From positions 1-64,000 of the IMG/VR virus record IMGVR_UViG_3300020042_012680: a stretch of DNA of 64,000 nt; one strand, 5' to 3'. This DNA is from a virus (Duplodnaviria; Caudoviricetes). The notes beneath the pieces were generated by a model, which worked only from the letters and a program-made list of their open reading frames with translations, was not told the DNA's origin and did not search any database. Both the position numbers and the translations under genes were made by a program. Of the stretch, positions 38,945 to 48,429 are shown piece after piece (the first letter of the stretch is position 1; each line of letters opens with the position of its first letter).

Positions 38945-39814
38945 TTAAATCAAAGTTGATAAGATTTCTTCTGCATCAAAGGCTTCTGGTATGTTATATT
39001 CGCACTGATGAGCTAAGCCAGAGAACTCCTTTTCCATAACTATACCATCTATATTATGAATAAATATCTTACTTTGGTCTTTTGCAAGTATATTCTTATG
39101 TATATTATAACCTAAAATATCTGGCGATGTGCCTATCCAGCAAACAGTTGATGGAAGCATAAGGCTAGCCGCCGCATGTTGAGCAAAAGAGTCTATGAAT
39201 AATCTCTTTTGACTTAAACTAATCAAACAAAATAGGTCACGAAGATTCGCATTTACTTTTTCTGTATTTTCAAATGATATCTGATCATTTCTAGCAAGAT
39301 GATATATATGATATTTATCTTTTAATTTATCTACTAGATTTTTGACTAAAAATTCTGGTAAATCTCTAGCCCAATTATAATGATTTCCTTCGTTTCCTCC
39401 GCCATTAGTTTGAAGAAGTAATAATGGTTTATTTTGATTATATTTTTTTGCTAAATCAATAACTTCTGCATAATTTAAAAATAATTTAGGATTTTCTCCA
39501 GTATATTTTAATCCAAACATATTGCACCATGCTTCAATTAAATGTTTTTTTCCTACAACATATTCATTACTTTGGTATACTTCATTTCCTAAAAATATAA
39601 CATCTTTATTTTTAATAAAATCTTCATAAAAATATTGAGCCGAGTTAGATCTATATACTCTATAAACATTTGGATTATTAAGAAATACTTCTGGATACGG
39701 ACAGATTACGATTAATTTTCTATCTGGAAAATTTTTATTAATATTTTCAACCACAGCAGTTGCGGCTATATGCTTGCCTATTCCACCTTGAAGAAAAAAT
39801 ATTACTGTTTTCAT
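38945..39814 (-). CDS. GT9-like (GT-B) glycosyltransferase
   Basis: GGIGKHIAATAVV..I.K.FP, FIDSFAQHAAASLMLPSTVCW; start at 39814 overlaps the sulfotransferase TGA (ATGA). Confidence 0.75.
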   Translation of the reverse strand: MKTVIFFLQGGIGKHIAATAVVENINKNFPDRKLIVICPYPEVFLNNPNVYRVYRSNSAQYFYEDFIKNKDVIFLGNEVYQSNEYVVGKKHLIEAWCNMFGLKYTGENPKLFLNYAEVIDLAKKYNQNKPLLLLQTNGGGNEGNHYNWARDLPEFLVKNLVDKLKDKYHIYHLARNDQISFENTEKVNANLRDLFCLISLSQKRLFIDSFAQHAAASLMLPSTVCWIGTSPDILGYNIHKNILAKDQSKIFIHNIDGIVMEKEFSGLAHQCEYNIPEAFDAEEILSTLI

Positions 39815-40623
39815 TTTAAATTTCTCCAAAATTGTAGGTTTTTATAAGAATTTGCTATTTCTTCGCCTAGTATTTCATTTGCTTTTAAAGGAACAGGTTG
39901 AACTATGGGTCTAATTGTATGTAGATCTTTTATTCTATGGATATTATCATCATCTTCTTTTGTGTATTGAGGCACATTATTAAAATCATGATCATAGTAT
40001 TTTAATCCAAGATAATTATAAATATTTTGTATTGTTTGTTTTGGGTTCTGAGTCAGATCATCAAATTCCATAAAATATAATCTATCTTTATAGCCTCTAT
40101 CTACTGCATCTTTTAATCTGTTAAAAGCATCGCCTAATGGTTGACCAGCTTCTGACCAAAGTTCTGCGCGGCCTTTTATTGTAAGAGATTTATTGTAATT
40201 ATTTTGTTCTATATTCCATTGGCTTTGGCCTGTTGTTTTTCTCCAAATACCTTCAAAAGAAGCAAGAATTTCATTGATATTTCTTACTGTGCAAATTATT
40301 TTAACGGGTCTATCTAAAACAAATTCAAGAGTTTCTATAAAAGACAACCAACCTCGACCTTTGTCAAATATTACATTTTTATCTGTGAGATGATAAGAAT
40401 TTAATACATTCTTAAGAACATTTTTTAATTGATTTCGATTTACGCCTTCTGCTTGATGTTCTGTTGTGCGATCCCATTGATTTCTAATTGAAAATAATAT
40501 TTCAATACAACCGCTTGTAGCTTTATTGACAAAAAAATCTGGATTCTGAGCTAATATGTTACAAAGCAAAGTCGAACCTGATCTTGGAAGACCAGATATA
40601 AAGAATATTTGTTTATCTTGCAT
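39811..40623 (-). CDS. Sulfotransferase-family protein
   Basis: PAPS-binding loop FISGLPRSGSTLL, DK.RGW, VRN...ILASF; likely start MQDKQ at 40623. Confidence 0.85.
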   Translation of the reverse strand: MQDKQIFFISGLPRSGSTLLCNILAQNPDFFVNKATSGCIEILFSIRNQWDRTTEHQAEGVNRNQLKNVLKNVLNSYHLTDKNVIFDKGRGWLSFIETLEFVLDRPVKIICTVRNINEILASFEGIWRKTTGQSQWNIEQNNYNKSLTIKGRAELWSEAGQPLGDAFNRLKDAVDRGYKDRLYFMEFDDLTQNPKQTIQNIYNYLGLKYYDHDFNNVPQYTKEDDDNIHRIKDLHTIRPIVQPVPLKANEILGEEIANSYKNLQFWRNLK

Positions 40624-40698
40624 TACAATATAATTATAATGCAAGAAATAAATTTATCTAGTAAAGATTAATATAATTTATTTTTAAATTAATTAAAT

Positions 40699-42234
40699 TT
40701 ACCAGGCAAAGCCACTAAATCTTTTCCAAGTATTATCTTGTACGCATACATATAAATAATTTGAATCCCAACTTATATCACCTCTTAATCCCGTAGATGC
40801 TGAAGATGCTATAGTCCTTGAGTGATTAATATTAATTTTATTAGATAATATTAATGGAGGATTATTTATTAATAAATTATTATATCCAGAGTAATTCAAA
40901 TGAGAAAGATAAACCTTACTACTAGATACTGTTACTGTTGCAGGAGGAAATCCGCAACTAACTGCATATAGATTAGCAAGCTGTGTTTGACTATTACCAG
41001 GAATGTAATATCTAAATGAAGTAATTGAAGTTACTTCATTTACAGCATATGTTCCATTTAATAAGCTATCATTGCAACCCGCAGTTTTTAATCCTGCCAC
41101 TATAACCGTGTCTCCAGCTCTATAACCATGTGGAGAAAATGTTGTTATATTGATTGGATTTGTCCCTCCTGCTGATTTTTGAATAGCGGCAATTTGTAAT
41201 GGAATAGAATTAACATTAGTGGCGGTCGTAGAATCTAGCTGGAAATCACCGTTAATTAAATTTATCCCAGAACTATTTATTCTTGTTCCAGCGCTCGAAG
41301 AATTATTAATAACAATAGTGGAATTTGACATAGAAATATCTAAGCCTGATATTAATAATTTATCAATATTATTTAGATCAAGAGAATTAGTAGAAATACC
41401 ATTTCCAGAAACGATAATACCAGTAGCAAAAGTTTTGATTCCAGAAATAGTTTGATTGCCAAATGTTAATACTGAAACTCCACTTAAATTATTGATTTTA
41501 GTATTTAAAGTTGAACCAGTTGAAGCGAGGTTAGCTGAAGTAGCATATAAAGTTGAAGATCCAGTTAATACTTGGTTGCCGCTAAGTAAAATATTTCCAG
41601 TTACATTTAAATTACCAACTATATTTGTATTATCAAAAATATTTAAAGCACCAGAACCATTAATGTTTATGTTATTACCTGTAATTACTACATCTCTTAA
41701 AATTCCACTTTGAGATTGTTGAGAACCAATTATAAATTGATTATTTCTCCATCCAATTAATCCAAATTCGCCGCTGTTAATTCCTGTGCTATTGAATATT
41801 CTTAAACTTTGAGGACTTGTTTCACTATAAATATCTATCCCAGAAGTAAATGTTTTTAAACCGTTGATGGTTTGATTGCCAAATGTTAATACAGAAACTC
41901 CACTCAGATTATTTATTTTATTATCAAGAGTTGAACCAGTAGAAGCCAGATTAACTGAAGTTGCATACAAAGTTGAAGATCCAGTTAGTACTGCGTTTCC
42001 ATTAACAAAAAGCCCACTAGTAAAATTACCACTTCCATAAACTGTAAAATTATTACCAGAAATAACTAAAAAGTCACCTTGCGCCGAGTCACCAAATGTT
42101 GTATCTTGTATGAAAGTTTTAGTTCCAGAGATAGTTTGATCGCCAGTATTATATACAAGATTTGGAGCAATTACTTCGTGAGAAAATATTCCCGTGCGAC
42201 TTACAAGAGTTTTCGCTTTAAATATATTTGCCAC
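40699..42234 (-). CDS. Tail fibre-like protein
   Basis: QTIxGxKTF repeats, duplicated ~53 aa unit, C-terminal GDISWDSNYLYVC...W motif. Confidence 0.75.
   Translation of the reverse strand: MANIFKAKTLVSRTGIFSHEVIAPNLVYNTGDQTISGTKTFIQDTTFGDSAQGDFLVISGNNFTVYGSGNFTSGLFVNGNAVLTGSSTLYATSVNLASTGSTLDNKINNLSGVSVLTFGNQTINGLKTFTSGIDIYSETSPQSLRIFNSTGINSGEFGLIGWRNNQFIIGSQQSQSGILRDVVITGNNININGSGALNIFDNTNIVGNLNVTGNILLSGNQVLTGSSTLYATSANLASTGSTLNTKINNLSGVSVLTFGNQTISGIKTFATGIIVSGNGISTNSLDLNNIDKLLISGLDISMSNSTIVINNSSSAGTRINSSGINLINGDFQLDSTTATNVNSIPLQIAAIQKSAGGTNPINITTFSPHGYRAGDTVIVAGLKTAGCNDSLLNGTYAVNEVTSITSFRYYIPGNSQTQLANLYAVSCGFPPATVTVSSSKVYLSHLNYSGYNNLLINNPPLILSNKININHSRTIASSASTGLRGDISWDSNYLYVCVQDNTWKRFSGFAW
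41421..42000 (-). repeat. Diverged 160 bp direct repeat within the fibre gene
   Basis: 41421-41580 vs 41841-42000 (offset 420), near-identical protein with many synonymous changes. Confidence 0.85.
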
Positions 42235-42340
42235 TTTTTATTCCTTTTATTAGCTTTCGCTAAATTGCTGCTTTTAGGGCAGACTAAAGAGTAAAAGAAT
42301 TATTAATTCTGTTATTCTAGCAAATATTACACTAGATTAT

Positions 42341-43045
42341 TTATTGTGTGGAAGCGAAAGTATGGATTTTTGCGCCAGCTTCTAAAATATTATCAGAAAG
42401 TAATCCTGTATATCCACCAGACGTAATAGATCTAATAGATAAATTATACATAACATCTGAATTTTGGTCTACTTCTAATGTAGCTTGTACTTTTGGTATT
42501 GTGTTGTATGGAAATGGTACTGGATAAATAACTGCATATGCATCTGATCCAGCATCTAATGTTTTTGTAAATACTTGATTACTAGATTTTGCAACAAATT
42601 GTGCATTTGCCCAACCACTATAAGCTGTATTATACTCAGAAAGAGCTTTACCAGTTCCAAATAAATTATTTTTAGTAGCAAAAGTATCAATGTAATATGA
42701 GCCACTTTGATCTAAACGAGCAGAAAGACTATCTGTAATAGCTTTAAAATATCCACTATTGCCTACTACTTTAATTTCCCCAAGACCAACATCTACTTCT
42801 ATAGTAACTCCATCTCCACCAGTTATATAAAGATCGCCTTGTAAATTATTTAATTTACTAACATCTGCATTGGCTGTGTTAATTAAGCCTTGCAAATAGC
42901 CACTAATTCCAGTAAGTTCACTGTAATAAGCTAATCCACTCCCTTGAAATCCTAAACGTAACGAAGAGCTATTATCGTAGGCACTTCCTTGAATAGGAGT
43001 AACATTGTATCCGCTGAGTCTAATATGTTTAAATGCGCTTATCAT
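42341..43045 (-). CDS. Virion/fibre-associated protein
   Basis: Own GTGTAA and SD; C-terminal beta domain similar to that of 43083..43637. Confidence 0.6.
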   Translation of the reverse strand: MISAFKHIRLSGYNVTPIQGSAYDNSSSLRLGFQGSGLAYYSELTGISGYLQGLINTANADVSKLNNLQGDLYITGGDGVTIEVDVGLGEIKVVGNSGYFKAITDSLSARLDQSGSYYIDTFATKNNLFGTGKALSEYNTAYSGWANAQFVAKSSNQVFTKTLDAGSDAYAVIYPVPFPYNTIPKVQATLEVDQNSDVMYNLSIRSITSGGYTGLLSDNILEAGAKIHTFASTQ

Positions 43046-43082
43046 AAATTTTTAATTCCTTTTATATTATTACACATTTTTT

Positions 43083-43637
43083 TTATTTTTTAACTTGAAT
43101 ATTTAAAAAATATCCATTATTTAATAGAGTATCACTAAAATTAATATTAAAACCATTAACATCTATATTTCCTATAGTAAAATAATAGGCCATATCATCA
43201 ACTATATTTTGAAACGCACAAGTCACAGCTTTAGGATTAGAAGCAAGCTGTTGCGGGAAATTAATAGTATAACTATCAGATCCTGGCGCAAGACTAGCTT
43301 TATATCCAATTATGTTCTCTGCTTCAAAGTATCCACTAAGCGGCGCAGCATTTATCGTTATTGATTTAAGGTTTTGAGAATTATCTGTTAATACATTTAT
43401 ACCTGTTTGACCAATAAATTTTAATGATTCTATACCAGTTGGGATTAAATCTGACTGACCATCCACTTTAATGGTTTTAAATTGATTTAGTGGGCCTTCT
43501 GGACCTTGTGGACCTTGTGGACCTTCTGCGCCTTGTGCGCCTGGAATAAAAACATTTGCATCTCCTTGCAGACTTGGTGAAAATACATCTGCTGCAATTT
43601 GAGATGGTAGAATAACATCTACATTTATTTCTGACAT
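43083..43637 (-). CDS. Short collagen-repeat virion protein
   Basis: GAQGAEGPQGPQGPEGP. Confidence 0.7.
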   Translation of the reverse strand: MSEINVDVILPSQIAADVFSPSLQGDANVFIPGAQGAEGPQGPQGPEGPLNQFKTIKVDGQSDLIPTGIESLKFIGQTGINVLTDNSQNLKSITINAAPLSGYFEAENIIGYKASLAPGSDSYTINFPQQLASNPKAVTCAFQNIVDDMAYYFTIGNIDVNGFNINFSDTLLNNGYFLNIQVKK

Positions 43638-43641
43638 AAAA

Positions 43642-44016
43642 TTAAAAAGCTGTTACTTCTGGACTTACAATAAACTTTCCTCTGATTAATTTAATGCTAT
43701 TTCCAGCAGGAATGTTATAAGGAAATCTTTCAATATCATATACAAATGTGCCAACTGGTAAATAGGTTGTTAAGCTTGAGTCTACGCTTATATTTACTAT
43801 GCCAGAAGCGAGGTTTGATCCGTTTATCCCAGAATTAATAACTGGATTCAAATTTAAAATAACTTGATCGTATCCAGTATAACCATAGGAATATTTTACA
43901 ACACCTCGAACATCATAACCGCTTAAATTTATTGGGTTGCTATTTGAATCTTTTATTCTTAAACTTAATTGTAAATGATCGCCTTGAATTGTATTTATGT
44001 TATATGAAGTAGCCAT
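43642..44016 (-). CDS. BppU N-terminal-like baseplate/fibre adaptor
   Basis: INTIQGD...PINLSGY...G.VNISVD...VYDIE...RGKFIVSPEVT. Confidence 0.7.
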   Translation of the reverse strand: MATSYNINTIQGDHLQLSLRIKDSNSNPINLSGYDVRGVVKYSYGYTGYDQVILNLNPVINSGINGSNLASGIVNISVDSSLTTYLPVGTFVYDIERFPYNIPAGNSIKLIRGKFIVSPEVTAF

Positions 44017-44047
44017 ACAACAAATTACACGAACAATTAAAAATTAA

Positions 44048-46204
44048 TTAATAAAAGAATGGAATATAAATCGTACCAAATGATGAAGTGCTAACAGACA
44101 TATATCCTGATGTAGCTATTCTGAGGTTAACTCCAAAGTTATTACTTGTTCCTGTATATAATCTACTACCATCTCTAAATCCAGTAGCATACCATCCACT
44201 TTGAGGGGTTCTATTAAATGGAGTAATATCATTTTTATAGTAAACTCCAGAAGTCGAGTTATCAACAACTAACCATGCTGGAGAGAATTTAGGACTAGTA
44301 TGATTACCATATATAATATTAAATCCACTAACACCTGTATAAGAGGTTGGGCCGAATATATTAAATTTATTTAAAAACAAACTAGAAACTCCACTAGCTT
44401 CCCCAGCAGCAGATGTTAAAGTATTAGATGCTCCAGTTTTATAATTAAAACTTGGTAAAAATACCTTATTAGACAATTTATCGTAATATGAATCTTGAAA
44501 TGTATTTGTTGAGAATGTTGGCCCATTTTGTTTTAATGAATCTGCCATAGTATCAAATTCGCTTTGAATTATAATATTTTCACCATTAATTTTTGGTCTA
44601 GTTACAGAATCAAGTCTTATTTCAGATGGATTAATTTCTATTTTAGAATCAGCGGCTGCTAAAGAAATTGTTGCTGTTTTATTTGCTCCTGTTGGCGTAT
44701 AATTAATTCCAATAAATATAGAATTATAATCTCCAGACCTTACTTCGTTATTATTTCCAATAACATAATTTTGAGAACCAGAAATAGAATTACTTTGTCC
44801 AAATACATATGAATTAAATGCTTTGCTTGCTATATTTTCATTACCAATTATGTAACTATTATAACTATCTAGCCCAATATTAGATTCACCAAATGTAAAT
44901 AAATTTTCGTTATTCTTGCCATAATTCGATCTGCCAAATATATACAAATTTTTTCCAGCTAACCCCGTAGTAGGCAATAGATTAGCTCCTGTATTTAAGT
45001 ATCCTTGACCGTTAGATTCGCCAACTATGATACCATTTAACAATCCACTTACATCATTACCTTTACCAATAACAGTTATAGCAAAGGAATTATTTAAATT
45101 GTTTACTTCACCAATACTAGTAGAATCTGTTAATCCTTTGATTTCAGAAAAGTTTCCAAAAAAGTTTAGATTAGTAGAATTACTAATTAAATTATCATCT
45201 CCAATAATATGAGATTCTTTATTTAGAGTAGATTCATTATCCCTACCCAAAATATAGTTCCTATCATCTCCTGTAGATAAGTTATTTTCGCCTATTAGAT
45301 ATACTTTGGAAGAGTCAAAAATCTCGCTATCGACACCTAAAAGGGTATTTTTATATGTATAATCTAGGGTATTATATGTGCCAATAACTATATCATGAAA
45401 TGCTTCATTAATAGAAAGATTTTTGCCAATTGCATTTATTTGACTTGATTTTTCTAAAAATATATTTTCTCCAAGTACCACAGCATCTGTAACTGATTTA
45501 ATTGAATTTGCTTCTCCAAAAACTTTTACTCCAGTAGTATTCACGCTCTTATTTCCCCAACCAATATTATATGTATCTTGAGACTTTGGGTTGTTTAAAC
45601 CGCTTATTAAATTACTAAAACCTAAATTTAAATTATTATATGTGCCATTTGTAGTTTGATTACTATCGCCAATAGATATTGATAATTGAGCTGAGTCAAT
45701 TTTATTATTAAACCCAAATATGTTTGAAGAATCAGATTTATTTAAAGTATTTAATCCTCCCAATATATAACTTTTAGTTTGTAGTCCACTGCTTGCATTA
45801 TTATCAATCCCAAGCATATTAGCTCTTGACCCGCTAAAGTTTCGATTGTTAAGACCTAAATTTATTTGGTTTTGTAAAAAAGATCCTGCTGAACGAATAT
45901 CACCTTTAAACTCATGTCCACTAAATGTATTTAGATTTTCAATCTTATAGGAAAATGGTTCTGAAAAGAACCCGTATCCAGTGAAATTTATATTGCCATT
46001 TGCGCCCGTACCATAACCAGTTACTTGTAAACCTGTAACAGTACCTGTCTCTACATAACTATACCCAGTAGTTTGTGTAAATTTTGGAAGATCTCTAAAA
46101 TAACTATTTTCAGAGAGACTTTTAGCAAGAGCAGTTAAATTTGTCTCTAAGTATCCATTTCCAGATTTATTAACACGTTGAAGATAAAAAGCATCAGGAA
46201 TCAT
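44048..46204 (-). CDS. Tail fibre with YadA-like beta-roll repeats
   Basis: About 14-residue periodic (I/V)G..N repeats over ~400 aa. Confidence 0.7.
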   Translation of the reverse strand: MIPDAFYLQRVNKSGNGYLETNLTALAKSLSENSYFRDLPKFTQTTGYSYVETGTVTGLQVTGYGTGANGNINFTGYGFFSEPFSYKIENLNTFSGHEFKGDIRSAGSFLQNQINLGLNNRNFSGSRANMLGIDNNASSGLQTKSYILGGLNTLNKSDSSNIFGFNNKIDSAQLSISIGDSNQTTNGTYNNLNLGFSNLISGLNNPKSQDTYNIGWGNKSVNTTGVKVFGEANSIKSVTDAVVLGENIFLEKSSQINAIGKNLSINEAFHDIVIGTYNTLDYTYKNTLLGVDSEIFDSSKVYLIGENNLSTGDDRNYILGRDNESTLNKESHIIGDDNLISNSTNLNFFGNFSEIKGLTDSTSIGEVNNLNNSFAITVIGKGNDVSGLLNGIIVGESNGQGYLNTGANLLPTTGLAGKNLYIFGRSNYGKNNENLFTFGESNIGLDSYNSYIIGNENIASKAFNSYVFGQSNSISGSQNYVIGNNNEVRSGDYNSIFIGINYTPTGANKTATISLAAADSKIEINPSEIRLDSVTRPKINGENIIIQSEFDTMADSLKQNGPTFSTNTFQDSYYDKLSNKVFLPSFNYKTGASNTLTSAAGEASGVSSLFLNKFNIFGPTSYTGVSGFNIIYGNHTSPKFSPAWLVVDNSTSGVYYKNDITPFNRTPQSGWYATGFRDGSRLYTGTSNNFGVNLRIATSGYMSVSTSSFGTIYIPFFY

Positions 46205-46242
46205 TACTAGATATTACACGACAAATTATTTTAATATAAAAA

Positions 46243-46590
46243 TTATTTTCCTTCAGATAAAATATTTTTTGCTTCTTTATTTAGCTCTGTATTATCTTCT
46301 TTGTTTTTTGGAACTTTATAAAGAGAAGTAAATTTTCTAAATTCAGCTATTAATCTTTTTGTTATTGTTTCGCGATTATCTACTGGAATTAAGCCTATTT
46401 TTCTTGCATGAGTTTGTAAGTCGCTTTTATTAAGGTCATTTAAATATTCCATATACTTTGACTCGTCTAACGTCTTATACTTGGTTGAACCATCTTCTCC
46501 CCAGATTTGTTCTAGGCTTTTATATTGAATATCCTCTAATTTTCCGTGGGTCTGAGAAAGGTCTTCTAATTTTTTTCTTTGTTTTGGCAT
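46243..46590 (-). CDS. Hypothetical protein downstream of the capsid gene
   Basis: 115 aa ORF, SD AAGGAG. Confidence 0.75.
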   Translation of the reverse strand: MPKQRKKLEDLSQTHGKLEDIQYKSLEQIWGEDGSTKYKTLDESKYMEYLNDLNKSDLQTHARKIGLIPVDNRETITKRLIAEFRKFTSLYKVPKNKEDNTELNKEAKNILSEGK

Positions 46591-46651
46591 ATTATCTCCT
46601 TAATATATTATAAATCTAGCACATGTAATATCTAATATTTTTAAACAAAAA

Positions 46652-46684
46652 AAGACCCAGCAGGGATTATCCTGCTGGGCCTTT
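46652..46684 (-). terminator. Intrinsic terminator after the major capsid gene
   Basis: 9 bp stem CCCAGCAGG/CCTGCTGGG, 6 nt loop, followed by a T-run on the - strand. Confidence 0.9.
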
Positions 46685-46703
46685 AAATTTAATCTAATTT
46701 AAC

Positions 46704-47774
46704 TTAGATTTTGATACCAACGATTGCGCGAGCATCGATACAAACGCGACCTTCTTCGAGAGAACCGTAGAAACCAGTTTTCTCAGAACGGCCAGCGAAT
46801 TGATCATCTGGAAGAACACTAAATGTTGAACCAGAATCAGCATTGCGAGCGATTGGACGAATAAACGCTTCTTTGCTTAGATCAAGACCGATTGCCAATT
46901 CATCAGCACCAGCATTGAAGGTATAAGAGCCTTTGAATGCACTAAAGAGTGCATTGTATTTAGCATTTACGCCTAGTTCTACTAGCTCATGAATTGTTAC
47001 TCCATAGAGTGATTCTGTGCCAGCACCACGATAGATCTCTTCACGAACACCAGCTGGAAGATCTGTTTTTGTACTTCCACCAATTGGGTTATAAGCAAAA
47101 GCACGAATTTCTGCTTTAACTTCTGGGCTAACAAATAGATCTGTTAATCCATAACTATCAGATGTGGTTCCACCAGCATAAGAAGTATTAATTCTTTTTA
47201 CTAGTGTCATTAGAGTGTTAAGATCGCCTAGATTAAATGTTCCTGGTGTTGAAGCAGAAACAATGTGGTTAGGGGTTGCTGAACCAACACTTTTTGCTTC
47301 GGCAAGAGCTTTAAGAACTACTGCCCAAGCGTTGCGCTCTTGTTTAACAAGAACTTCGTTGCTCATTCTCTCAACAGCTTTGCTTACTACATCAATACGA
47401 CCGCGACGAGCATAGCGCTTTAAAAAGCTAACTGCTGCGTCCAAGCGGTAAGTAGAGACTTTTAGTTCGCTAAAACCTTCTACTGCAGAAGAAGGAAGAC
47501 CACCTGCTACATTTTGACTCCAAACTGTAACATAATCTTGTCCACCTTGATCGTGCCATAGGTCCAAAGGAAGACTAGGATTATCGTCTTCATCATATGG
47601 TGCATCGCTATAAATAGCGCTTGCTGTTCCAGCTTGCATTAGCACTTTGCTAACAACTGGACCAATAAATGCTGCAAAAGCTTCAGTTGCTTCGCGAGCT
47701 ACGGTAAGATCTCTGCTGCCCATAGCTTTTACGAGCTCAACTTGCTCTGGTGTATTTTTTAGTTTAATTTTCAT
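46704..47774 (-). CDS. Major capsid protein
   Basis: 356 aa; follows protease-scaffold and decoration genes; strong SD and terminator; higher GC than neighbours. Confidence 0.8.
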   Translation of the reverse strand: MKIKLKNTPEQVELVKAMGSRDLTVAREATEAFAAFIGPVVSKVLMQAGTASAIYSDAPYDEDDNPSLPLDLWHDQGGQDYVTVWSQNVAGGLPSSAVEGFSELKVSTYRLDAAVSFLKRYARRGRIDVVSKAVERMSNEVLVKQERNAWAVVLKALAEAKSVGSATPNHIVSASTPGTFNLGDLNTLMTLVKRINTSYAGGTTSDSYGLTDLFVSPEVKAEIRAFAYNPIGGSTKTDLPAGVREEIYRGAGTESLYGVTIHELVELGVNAKYNALFSAFKGSYTFNAGADELAIGLDLSKEAFIRPIARNADSGSTFSVLPDDQFAGRSEKTGFYGSLEEGRVCIDARAIVGIKI

Positions 47775-47794
47775 TTTATATTTTTTTCCTTAAA

Positions 47795-48415
47795 TTAGAA
47801 GTTAAGCTTAACTAAAGCGATACCATTTACTGGTTTGCTTAGTAAAGTTCCAACTTTATTAGCAGGTGTAGCACCATTTCTAGTGCTGTCTACTGTGCTA
47901 AGTTCTCCAGCGTTCAAGTTGCTGATGAAAACTCCATCGCCAACATTAGCGCTAGCAGAAATTTCAGTTCCGCTATAGACTACAACGCCTTTAGTGAGAA
48001 CTGGAACTCCTTGACCACTAATTACAACGCCTTTTTCAGCGGCTTTGCGTGGATTGAAAACTAGTTTTTCACCGTTTTCATCAAGTTCTTGAGTGCTCAT
48101 TAGAGTAATACCAAGAGGGGCAGAACCAGAATTGGCTGCTTGAACTTTAGCTGTTAAAACATAACGGTTAGAAACAACATTTGATAATCCAGGGATGGAA
48201 AGTGTTCCGCCTAGATCAACTGGTATTGTTCCAAGAAAACCGGTTCCACCACCAAGAGTAGAATCTGCTACTGGTTGAAAACCGTTTCCTGCTACTTTAA
48301 CTACTGTGCCTGCGGTTGCAATAACGCCATTAGCGTCTTGTGCACCATCAAAAGCAAATAGATTGATTACATCGTGTTCGCTGTAATCTCTGTATGGTCT
48401 GAGTGTATGTGCCAT
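47795..48415 (-). CDS. Head decoration/cement protein
   Basis: Gly/Val-rich 206 aa between scaffold and capsid; SD AAGGAG. Confidence 0.65.
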   Translation of the reverse strand: MAHTLRPYRDYSEHDVINLFAFDGAQDANGVIATAGTVVKVAGNGFQPVADSTLGGGTGFLGTIPVDLGGTLSIPGLSNVVSNRYVLTAKVQAANSGSAPLGITLMSTQELDENGEKLVFNPRKAAEKGVVISGQGVPVLTKGVVVYSGTEISASANVGDGVFISNLNAGELSTVDSTRNGATPANKVGTLLSKPVNGIALVKLNF

Positions 48416-48429
48416 ATATTTATTTCTCC

